A DNA stretch of 61,692 nucleotides, counting the filler, from Chiloscyllium plagiosum (lineage: Eukaryota), in the NCBI RefSeq assembly GCF_004010195.1. It is 4 parts of one record of this genome, joined end to end, with 100 filler letters (N's around TTAATTAATTAA, not from the genome) between each part and the next. Parts side by side here need not be neighbours in the genome. Positions count along the whole stretch, not along the records: positions 1 to 22,444 come from NC_057710.1; positions 22,545 to 38,667 come from NC_057710.1; 2 more parts are not named here. The stretch is one strand, 5' to 3'. A program made the translations under genes and the position numbers. Below are positions 12,401-22,956 of the stretch, piece after piece (within the stretch, counting starts at the first letter, position 1; every line of letters starts with the position of its first letter). The notes below the pieces were generated by a model. That model ran no database searches, had not been told where the DNA came from, and worked only from the letters and a program-made list of their open reading frames with translations.

Positions 12401-14869
12401 TATGTGTGTGTTTAGATTTTAACGTCCTTGTCCTATAAGTTGCTGGAGGGAAGACTGTATGATACTGAAATGAAGGCAAAGGGCAAAATATTTGTTAACG
12501 GTAGGATAAATAATGTATTATTTTAAAGAGTAAGATTTAAAGATTGAGAAATAAACAAAGAACAAAATGAAAAGGAAGGCACATTAGAAAGAGTGGATTC
12601 TATAGGAATCAGCTACAGTAAGAGAAATAAAGCGAATTAATGAAAGATTGGATTAAGTGTGAGAGGTAAAAAGTAGAATAGCAAAGTAAGAAAACAATTT
12701 TAGGTCCAAATACTTGATATTTTTAAAAACTCCTGGAACAATTCACTTCATGAAGGAATAAAACTTTTAATTGTTCATGTTCCAAACAAAAGAGTTTGAT
12801 TGGTTGTCATTAACATTTATCATGTCATTAACAGGGTACTTCAGTTTTCAAGTACTGAACTTAGCTTTCTGTAGCATGTTTAATGGATAATTAATGTGCA
12901 ATGCAGTAACTTCTTGAAATAAATGCAAGGATAAAGGTAACATTTCATATTTACAAAGTTCATGAACAAAACACATACATGGTCCAGCAACGTGTTGTAA
13001 TTCACAGAACACAATGATATCTGCCTTACCGTGAATTGCTGACAAAGTTAAACATTAATTAGTTATGCATCATTTAAATACTGTAATTTTGTTCAGCAAA
13101 ATCTGGGTCACAATCTTTATATCAGGTCGCTTTTAATAGAGATGCTGTTTTTCTTCCGTTTCAATCTTTTGATTTTGCTTTCAGTTTTCATCAATGAATT
13201 GCCACCCATATACTGGTGACATCTATTTGATCACTTATTTCCCTTAATATGTTCACCGTCTGTTAGAAACAAACTCAGAGAGTTGTTTGTGTGTATGATA
13301 TGATCATTACAAAGGCCAGCTTCCACCATGTGTCATGGCTCAAACACAAAACCATTGAAGATGAATTAAAATAACTTCCATACATTTTTAAGGTGCAAGC
13401 TTCGTAATGTATATGGCAAGTTTTCCCATAGGTTGACTGTTTGAATAAGAGACAACTCTTACAAGCAATTTTTTTTTCGGTGACAATAGGTCAAGAGTGG
13501 GATGTACACAGGCATGTAACGAGTTTCAAGCAAGCTTTGAAGCATGAAAAGTGAGAAAGGAGAACGAACGAAGGTAGAGGGATTGAGAGATAAAGGTGAA
13601 AATGGTGTAAAGAAAAGGGAAATGAAATATGACAAATAGAGAAACAGAGGTGGATCCAGAGGAGATGCAGATGCAAAATGGTAGAAACATTATCAACAAC
13701 AGCTGTCCGAAATAAAAGCAGGGTACAAAATTCGTAACTAGTTGTGAACTCAGTGTTGAAACTGGTAAGCTGTTATAGTTGCCAATCAATTAGTATGTAT
13801 CATGTTTGTTTTGAATAAGAAGGTCAAATGTCTTTTTAAAAAATCCTTGTCTAGAGGACAAAAGGAAGAACAAAAAAAAAAATCTCCTCTGTCTATTTGC
13901 TATCCTGGTCTGGATTTTATGCAGGCATGTTGGGTTGTGGTCAGGAGATGGTCTGAAATGAGGCAGCCCTTTGCATTTCTGTACAGGCTGTCTGAATGGG
14001 GGAGCCCTGCCACCTCACCATGTGACATTGCCACCTTTCTTCCAATCTTAATAAAGTAAGAGCAGTGGTGGAGGAGCACTATTACTTGCCAAACCTCTCT
14101 CCTGTTTGCCAACTCCTGTGCAGAAATGGTCAGGGTGCATTTGAATTCTAGCTGATAATTTAAACAGCAGATTGATAGCATAGAGCATTTAACACAAACC
14201 CATCTCTGTTTCTTCACATCACTTCACTTTTTAATCAGAAGTCAACACGGACACTTATGTTGTGCCCATATCAGATATAGCCCATTTGCTGCTATTATGG
14301 TAATAACACTAGATGGAGGATGAACCCTACAGTCAGGCCACAGGCAGATTAGCATCCTGATTTGTCACACTTTGGCAAATAGATTGAATCTCCCAGAATC
14401 TGAATCCATAACATAGAGTAATATAGAGACATCAAAAGATTTAGTGATGTGGTCAATAACTTTGAGGCGTATATTTGAATGATAATTTATTCTTATAGAA
14501 ACGAGTCCTTCTGCAAACAGGCTATTGTTTAATTTCCACGCAATTCAAATTAATTATTTGATTCTGATATTGAATTCAAATTAACTAAGGTAAACAGTGA
14601 CAAGCCCAGAAATTTTGGCCTGTGGGAAAGGCTGATTACTGACAACCTAAAATCTATAATAAAAGCACGATACTGCAAATGCTGGAATTTTGAAATAAAA
14701 ATAGAAAGTCCTGAAGAAACCCAACAGGTCTGACAGCATCTATGGAGAGTTTTGTCTCAGTCTCTTGGGGCCTTAGAATACGAAATAATTCCAAATCTTC
14801 CTTATCTGACAGTAATAGGATCCTGTTGAAATAGTGCAGATATCTCCTTCAAACTACTAAAGGATCACG

Positions 14870-15390
14870 TTTAGTTAGAAACTATTTGGAGGTCTACGTC
14901 CATTACAATAAGAATGAGAGGCCACTGGAAAGGAGTGCAGAGAATGACCTTGCAAAGTTAAAGCCTTAAATTTACAGATCGGGAAAAGGTGATAGGCTGG
15001 GTCTCTTCTCTTTAGAAAAAGAAGACTGAGGGATGAAATAATAGCAGTCTTCAAACTTTTGAAAAGTTTTGATACCATGGATATGCAGAGAATGTGGGCA
15101 AGACCATAACTCGAGGGCATCAATATAAGGTGGTAACCAAAAACGTCCAGTAGAGAACTTACAATAAAATTCACCAAAGAAGGGGAAGAATTTGGCATTT
15201 TCTTCCACTGAAAATGTTTTGTGTGGATCTATTTAAGGGGAAGCTAGACATGCTTATGAGAGTGAAGGGAATACATGGTTATAGTGGGCGATCTAAATGA
15301 GAACAAATGGGAGAAGGCTCAAGTGGAGCATAAACTCCAATACAGACTGATTGAGCTGAATGACCTGTTACTGTGCCACATATTCTATGT
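14870..15390 (+). mobile_element. Decayed CR1 3' end
   Basis: gtctcttctctttagaaaaagaagactgaggg (GLFSLEKRRLR) and CR1 tail. Confidence 0.65.
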
Positions 15391-16116
15391 GATCCTACGG
15401 AAACCTATGTAACTTGTATAGTATCTGTCATGTAAGTAACTATCCCAAAGCACTCAATAGGAAGGTAAGCATCAAAACAATGATGCAGTATTCAAGAAGA
15501 TGTGAAAGATGAGGTGCTCTGGTCAAAAGAGACTGAGAATGGGATTTCAGACCAGAAAGAAGATCACAGGCTGGAGATAATCTTGGAGTAGGGAGGTAGC
15601 ATTGAGGAGAAAATCAGCGAGTGGAGTGTGGAGAAGTCTGGGAGACGATACAGAAATATGATTGCTGGTCAGGTAGGAGATTAGAGAGACATTGCACCTT
15701 GCCAGGGGAAGTGGGGAAGTTAATCTTGTAGAAGGAAGGCATTTTTTGCTTCTTGGGCCAAGGGCTAAAATCCTGCTCCTCCTGGTCCAAAGGTAACATT
15801 GTGACATCACTGCTAGATCTGGTTACTCTCACCTCCTTTCAGCATGTGGAACCAGATTAAAGTTGGAAGTCAAATATCTCAATCATTAACAATGCCACAA
15901 CCTGCCCCTCTCCTGCCTGTCTGGAAGGAAGATATAATCCCCAACATTTATGTTCTCCAGAAAATGAATCAAGAAATTCTTTCTGAATGCTACATTAATG
16001 CAAACACATGCTGGACTATGCAAAATACTTGAAGAAAATATTTGAATGGATGGTTGATGTATCTTAACTAAATTGTTTCAAATGCATTTCATTGTAAAAA
16101 TGTTGTCTTGTATTAT

Positions 16117-17140
16117 AATAGAGTCATAGAGTCCTACAGCACGGAAACAGGCTCTTTGGTGCAAACTGGTCCATGCCAACGAAAATGTCCATCAATGCTA
16201 ACCCCATTTCCCTGCACTTGGCCTATATCCTTCTAAACCTTTTTTATCCATATATTTGTCCAAATGCCTTTTAAATGTTGTTAATGTACCCGCCTCAACC
16301 ACTTCCACTGGCAGCTCATTCCACATGTGTACCACCCTCTGAGTAAAAAGTGTTGCCCCTCAGGTTCCCTTTTATTCTTTCCCCTCTAACCTTAAACAAA
16401 TGCCCTCTAGTCCTTGATTCCCCAACCCTAAGAAAAAGACTGAGTGCATTCACACTATCCATGCCTGACATGATTTTATACACTTCTATAAGATCTCCAC
16501 TCAGTCTCCTGTGCTCTAAAGAAAAACGGAGCTTAAAAATGTATTGCTGGAAAAGCGCAGCAGGTCAGGCAGCATCCAAGGAGCAGGAGAATCGACGTTT
16601 CGGGCATAAGCCCTTCTTCAGGACTGAAGAAGGGCTCATGCCCGAAACATCGATTCTCCTGCTCCTTGGATGCTGCCTGACCTGCTGCGCTTTTCCAGCA
16701 ACACATTTTTAAGGTCTGATCTCCAGCATCTGCAGTCCTCACTTTCTCTAAATAAAAACATCCTAGCTTGTCCAACCTCTCCCTATAACTCAGACTACTG
16801 AGTCCTGGAAACATCCTTGTAAATTTCTTCTGCACTCTTTTAGGTTTAGTAGCATTCTTCCTAGAGGACGGTGACTAAATCTGAACACAATACTCCAAGC
16901 GTGGCCTCACCAACATCCTGTACAACTGCAACGTAAATTCCCAACTTCAATACACAGTGCCCTGACCTATGAAGGCCAGTGTGCCAAAGCCTTCTTCACT
17001 GCCCTGTCTCCCTGTGACTCCACTTTCAGAGAACTGTGCACCTGAACTCCAAGGTTCCTCTGATACTCAATATTCGTTAAGGCCCAGCATTTACCAAGAA
17101 ACTCCTGCCTTGATTTGACATTCCAAAATGTAAGACCTTA
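16117..17140 (-). mobile_element. CR1 3' portion interrupted by a palindromic mini-element
   Basis: QKKFTRMFPGLSSLSYRERLDKLG; (ctctatga)n tail. Confidence 0.85.
16528..16748. mobile_element. Palindromic Penelope-derived mini-element nested in a CR1
   Basis: Inverted arms over 16532-16713 with a 2-nt centre and a hammerhead core on each strand; TSD-like ctctaaa(g/t)aaaaac at 16514-16527 and 16746-16759. Confidence 0.8.
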
Positions 17141-18319
17141 CGCTGTTAAATACATGGAATGGCCTCCGACTATCAATTATTGTTCTAATGTAATATACAA
17201 CATCAGAAATGAAAATGGTTTAAAATGTCAGAATAAAACTAGCGCAATTGAGAGAATTGAATCCATTCCCAATTAATTGGCTAAACTAATTTGCTAACAG
17301 AAACTGATAAGTTAAATATCCAGTTTCAGGGTAATATCACTGAAGTACTCCTTTGGCACCGAGTATGCTTTTATGTGCACTCACAGTTGGATAATTATAT
17401 GCAATTGAAACAAGAGGCCATGGTGGTATCTCACAGCTTCATTACTCTGCTTTGTCAAGAAATAATGATTTCTACAACTGGCAAACACATTTTTTTCTGT
17501 TTGTATTCATAACGTCAATCAAGAGCAGGGCTGTCTAAAAACAGATTTTCCTATTTCTCCTAAAACATTGGGAGCAGACCTTTAGGTTCAGCTTTTCTTC
17601 TTCCTCAGATTTAACTCATTTCAGTAATAACCGTTGATGTTTTAAGTGACATACCAGATCAATCACGTTAAACAATTCTGAAGGACTCCATTGCTCGATG
17701 TGAAAGAATTCATGGGACTGGACATTTGGAGTGGCCTGTGTCTGTTTAGGTTTGGCTCAGGCACTTTTCTTCGCAGCAAATTATTACCACACACCTACTT
17801 GTTTTCATGGATCAAATAGATCACCTAGAAAATAATCCTAGGTTTCGTCTCAAAATAGGTTTAAAAAGGGTGTGGGAATTGATTCATGTCAAAATGTCTC
17901 ATCTGTTGGAGAAGCATCTGTTTCAGATTTTCCTTTGACATCTCAAGTAGTCTGAAGTGAGCAAAGCAGCAAAGCATTATCGGCACCCAAGTGGGAACTT
18001 TCAGCAGATTACACAAAGATTGAAACAATTTTCAACCAGGACAGTGAAAATTTCAGATCTTATTCAAAGGCCTTTACCAAAGGTCTGGTGCAGGTTCCCC
18101 TGGGTATTCAAACATCTGAATCATAAAAGTAGTCCAAATCCTTCTGGTTGAACACTTCATCTGTTTATCTTTGATTCACTTCCTGAAGAATTAAGTGTTC
18201 CGTTTAATGGCGACTCTGATAACCCCATTTTGCAAGATCTCTCACTTTTGTTTTCTACTTGCCCTGATTTGCGAGTCCATGCAACATATTTCATTCTGCT
18301 TGCAATAAGAATGTTAAGT

Positions 18320-18720
18320 GAGAGATGTGCAGAACTGAAACAAACCCTTCAGTCCAACTCATCCATGCCAACCAGATATTCTAAACTTAAACCCTTCCTA
18401 TTCATATACCCATTCAGAAGCCTTTTAAATGCTATATTTGTACCAGCCTCCACCGCTTCCTCTAACAACTCATTCCATACCCGCATCACTCTCTGCATAA
18501 AAAGGTTGCCTCATAGGTACCTTTTAAATCTTTTCCCCTCACCCTAAACCTATGCCCTCTAGGTCTGGACACCCACACCCCAGGGAAAAGACTTTGTCTG
18601 TTTACCCTTTCGATGCCCATCGAGATTTTATAAACCTATGTAAGGTCACCCCTCTGCCTCCGACACTCTGGCCTGCTCAGCCTCTCCCTATAGCTCAGAC
18701 CCTCCAACCCTGGCAACATT
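18320..18720 (-). mobile_element. CR1 3' end
   Basis: Homologous to 10461-10955. Confidence 0.75.
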
Positions 18721-20539
18721 CTTACTTCGAAGTCCATATGATGTTTTACAAGAAGAAAAAGGATAGTGTCTCTCAATGAAACAAAGGAAAGGTTATTCCT
18801 ATGGAACCAGTTTATAGTATTGGAGTTTATTACAAATTACAGATTTACAGTGTGAATGGGAACATAGAAAATAGTAAACCATTTGGCCTTCCGGGCTTGG
18901 TCCACCATTTGATCTGGTCATGGCTGATCATCCAACTCATTTCTCTGTTCCTGCTTTCTCCCTTTATCCATTAACTCCTTTAACCTTAGGAATTATATCC
19001 TTCTTGAGAAACTCTGAGTCCTTCTTGAAAATTAAGTTGAGTTTGGAGCATTCTCTGTCTGATTGTCTGCCCTTATAACCTTTAATACAGCAGTTACAAA
19101 CAATGCATCACGATTGCAAAGAAAACAGTGTGGTTGGCAAAGATTAACACATGTCAGTGCAGGCACTCACAGCAGGCCCCATGTTCCCCTACACAGAAGG
19201 AAGCCCTGGGCTGGATATTACATGCCACTGAGGGAGAGGGGACATCATTTAAACATTACACAGCCTACGGTATAAAATGATTGGTGTGAGCAGGCAAATG
19301 GGAGTGGCAGCCTGTTTATTTAAAGTTCTTAAACTGGCAGAAAATAAAAGGAATCTTTCTTTGGAGGGTATTTTTTGCCCTTGGGGACATTGCTACTGAA
19401 GATAGCAGCTCCCTTCCATCATACCTGCACACTTTAAAACCCACAGTTCTACACCCTGTCTTGCAAAACCCTCCCTGCCCAATGGCTTGACATCTGCGAT
19501 CCATGAGGCCTCTTTCTTGGGCCTGTGCCCATGATTGAGCTTTGGTGTTGCTGAGTCTGCTGAATCTGCTGGTCAATTAGATTGGCCAAGAGCTCCAGAG
19601 GGTAATAATTCCTGTCACTAGGGAGTGGAAATCTTGTCCTGCACAAATTTCACTTCTCTCAACATAAGAAATAGGAGCAGGAGTAGGCCATCTGGTCCAT
19701 CGAGTCTGCTCTGCCATTCAATAAGATCACGGCTGATCTTTATTATGCACTTGATTATGCACTTTATTGACCAACCTACTCACCATATCGCTTAATTCCT
19801 TTACTGTTTAAAAATCTATTTTTGCATTAAAAACATTTAACGAGGAAGCCTCAGTTGCTTCACTGGGTAAAGAAATCCACTGATTCATAGCCCTTTGGCT
19901 GAAGAAGTTCCTCCTCAACTCAATTCTAAAGTTTGCACCCCCCCCCCCCCCTCCACACACTGTATTTTGAGACTGTGCCCATGAGATCTAGTGCTTTTTG
20001 ATTGCAGGGCAGGGTTGTTTAGCTTGTTGGCTCCCCTTTTCTTCCAGGGACATGAACTATCACTGCTTTCCCCCTTCCGTCCCCAAATAAATACCTACCC
20101 ACTCTTAACATAATTGTTTCTGTATTAGTTACCTTTGAAATATCCAAAACTTCCTTCAAAACTTGTGGTCAGTTTACATATAATGGAACCCCTGACATGC
20201 TTATGATTGTCATCACCTTTGTGGTTCATCATTCTGATCCATTTAGAATGGAATGTCTAAGTTCCCACATTGGCCTCTCAATCCCTTGCAATCATTTGTA
20301 AGGTACCAGTAAGTAAAACACCTAATTGCGTACTGCAAAAATTGGGGCTGATTGCTTATGCAAGATAACATGTTGTAACTGGAAAAACAGAGTTGACTTA
20401 TACAATGAGTATATGCAAAACCATAATTTCAAGGTATGGAAGATGGGGTCATCTTGTATACCAGTTGGATTTACACCCTGTGATCTATGGTAAAGAGCTG
20501 CTTTCCTGAGTTTTCACCCAATGAGGACAGTTTTAATGG

Positions 20540-20932
20540 ATGCTGAATGAGCAAACTTATCCATTCTTTCAACTGGGAAATGGTGAAAACCCAGCCCCCA
20601 TTTCTTCCCTTTCTTTTAGCTTTACTTGTTACGTTCTGTGTCACCATGTCCCCTGTCTCTCCACCCCAGTGGGACTGTGTTCTTTTTCTAGTCTGGCAGT
20701 CAGACATACTATTGCTCTGCCATTCTCACATTCTGATCACTTAATCTGAACAAGCAACGTCTTTTCTCCACCAGCACTATATCCGACTACCACCACAAAC
20801 CCCCCCCAAGTATTGCATAAATGCTGCCCTCTTCACACTTCGCGTCAGCTCTAATGAAGAATCATCCAGAGTTGCTGTCTCTCCACGGATGCTGCCTGAC
20901 CCACTGTGATCTCCAGCATTTGATGTTTTCAG
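20540..20932 (+). mobile_element. Decayed Penelope-type 3' terminus
   Basis: Homologous to 29270-29630 (gtctggcagt.agac..., cagctct.atgaaga..., ggatgctgcctgacc). Confidence 0.55.
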
Positions 20933-21247
20933 TACAGAACATAGAACATTACGGTGCAGTACAAGCCCTTCGGCCCTCGATGTTGCGGCAACCTGTGAAA
21001 ATAATCTGATGCCCACCTAACCTACACCGTTCCAGTATTATTCATCTGTATGTCCTGCACTCATTTAAATGCCCTTAATGTTGGCGAGTCTACTACAGTT
21101 GCAGGCAGACCATTCCATGCCCCTACTACACTCTGAGTGAAGAAACTACCTCTAATATCTTTCCTAAATCTATCACCCCTCAATTTAAAGCTATTGTCTC
21201 CTCACATTAGCCTTTAACATCTGAGGAAAAAAGGCTCTCACTGTCTA

Positions 21248-21485
21248 GGTGGTAAAAACAATAACTGCAGATGCTGGAAACCAGATTCTGGATCAGTGGT
21301 GCTGGAAGAGCACAGCAGTTCAGGCAGCATCCATGGAGCAGCGAAATCGATGTTTCGGGCAAAAGCCCTTCATCAGGAATAAAGGCAGAGAGCCTGAAGC
21401 ATGGAGCCTCCATGCTTCAGGCTCTCTGCCTTTATTCCTGATGAAGGGCTTTTGCCCGAAACGTCGATTACGCTGCTCATTGGAT
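21248..21485. mobile_element. Palindromic Penelope-derived mini-element nested in a CR1
   Basis: Fold-back over 21328-21486 centred on 21407; perfect 14-bp TSD GCTCTCACTGTCTA at 21234-21247 and 21486-21499. Confidence 0.85.
21434..21469 (+). ncRNA. Minimal hammerhead ribozyme motif (ACGT family)
   Basis: ATTC CTGATGA A GGGC TTTT GCCC GAAA CG TC GATT; stem I is weak. Confidence 0.6.
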
Positions 21486-21735
21486 GCTCTCACTGTCTAC
21501 CCTATCTCATCCTCTGATTATCTTCTATGTCTCGATTAAATCACCTCTCAACCTTCTTCTCTCCAATGAAAACAGCCTCAGTTCCCTCAGACTTTCCTCC
21601 TAAGACCTTCCTTCCATACCAGGCAACATCCTAGTAAATTTCCTCTGAACCCTTTCCACAGCTTCCACATCCTTCCTATAATGCGGTGACCAGAGCTGCA
21701 CACAATACTCCAAGTGCGGCCTTACCAGTGTCTTC

Positions 21736-22444
21736 TTTTTTTTTATATAGATATTTTTATTATAAATTTAACATTTTTACAAGTTTACAAAAATAAACAA
21801 AACTCTCAGATATAAACATTGATATACAATTAGCTCAAATATACAATAGCCAAAATTTGACAAAAAAAACAAAACAACAAAAAAAAACCGAAAAGAACAA
21901 AAAACAAACAAACAAAAATCAACTATCTACTAATCTAACCTACAACTAACCAAGGTGTATATTTAAGTCTCTTAATGCTCGGGATGTGTTAGCATTAGAT
22001 ATGATAAAACCCGTATTCGTGCGGGATTCCTCCCCCGAGGGGCCGCGGACCAGCCAGGTTTGTAATCTCAATTAAATAAAAGCCCTTGTTAGGATAGCCG
22101 AAATATCTGTATTTATGTAATTCAAAAAGGGCTGCCATATTTTATAAAATAATTCGGTCTTTCGGTGCACCATATTTGTAAGGAAGTCAAGGGGAATACA
22201 TTCCATAATTAGTCTGTGCCAATTTGAAAGTCCAGGGGGGCCCTCCGCCACCCAGTTCATCAAAATAATTTTCCTTGCACAGGAAGAAAGAATAGAAAAT
22301 AGTCTCTTCCCGTACGTGTCCAGGGAGGGAAAGTTCGAAAAGCCCAAGAGGAGAGATACGGGGTCCACTTTTATTTCCATTCCTAAAATTTCTGTCAGGG
22401 TACTTGCTACTTGAGTCCAATATCTACGGATCTTATGACAGATC
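21736..22444 (-). mobile_element. L1-clade (fish/Swimmer-type) LINE 3' end: ORF2 C-terminus, 3' UTR and poly(A)
   Basis: SCHKIRRYWTQVASTLTEILGMEIKVDPVSLLLG...ARKIILMNW...FYKIWQPFLNY in an uninterrupted frame; T/G-rich 3' UTR; AATAAA then an A-tail. Confidence 0.8.
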
Positions 22445-22544
22445 NNNNNNNNNNNNNNNNNNNNNNNNNNNNNNNNNNNNNNNNNNNNTTAATTAATTAA
22501 NNNNNNNNNNNNNNNNNNNNNNNNNNNNNNNNNNNNNNNNNNNN
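22445..22544. other. Assembly gap with artificial spacer
   Basis: N44-TTAATTAATTAA-N44. Confidence 0.97.
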
Positions 22545-22686
22545 CAGGCTCACTGCCTTTATTCCTGATGAAGGGCTTTTGCCCGAAACGTCGATTTCGA
22601 AGCTCCTTGGATGCTGCCTGAATTGCTGTGCTCTTCCAGCACCACTGATCCAGAATCTGGTTTCCAGCATTGTTTTTGTTTTTACC
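22545..22686 (+). mobile_element. Penelope-type terminal repeat next to a gap
   Basis: Near-identical reverse complement of 21250-21395. Confidence 0.75.
22561..22596 (+). ncRNA. Minimal hammerhead ribozyme motif (ACGT family)
   Basis: ATTC CTGATGA A GGGC TTTT GCCC GAAA CG TC GATT, identical to the 21434 copy. Confidence 0.6.
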
Positions 22687-22750
22687 TCAGAGATGTTAAT
22701 TACATACCCCTTTAACATGTAGGACTTGAATACAGGCCTCCTGGATCTAG

Positions 22751-22956
22751 CGTCGAGAATGTGTTGCTGGAAAAGCACAGCAGGTCAGGCAGCATCCGAA
22801 GAGCAGGGGAATCGACGTTTCGGGCTGCAGCTCTTCATCAGGAATCTGACCCAAAATGTCGGTTTACCTGCTCTTCGGATGCTGCCCGACCTGCTGTGCT
22901 TTTCCAGCAACACATTCTCAACTCTGATTTCCAGCATCCGCAGACCTCACTGTCTC
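22751..22956. mobile_element. Palindromic Penelope-derived mini-element nested in a SINE remnant
   Basis: Inverted arms over about 22755-22919; perfect 14-bp TSD CCTCCTGGATCTAG at 22737-22750 and 22957-22970. Confidence 0.85.

Larger units (their letters stand above)
20933..21732 (-). mobile_element. CR1 3' portion interrupted by a mini-element and abutting an L1
   Basis: Antisense RPHLEYCVQLWSPHYRKDVEA; (ttctatg) tail. Confidence 0.8.

Noticed and set aside
16532..16713. Hairpins as possible miRNA precursors or CRISPR-like repeats
   Set aside because: They are dispersed, TSD-flanked transposon derivatives with no repeat-spacer array and no small-RNA evidence
16533..16835. Mirror-image ORFs with the recurring peptides CWKSAAGQAASKEQ and EGLMPETSILLL
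   Set aside because: They are translations of the palindromic non-coding repeat, not proteins
22489..22500. TTAATTAATTAA repeated at three sites
   Set aside because: It always sits in the centre of an N44/N44 gap, so it is an artificial six-frame-stop spacer
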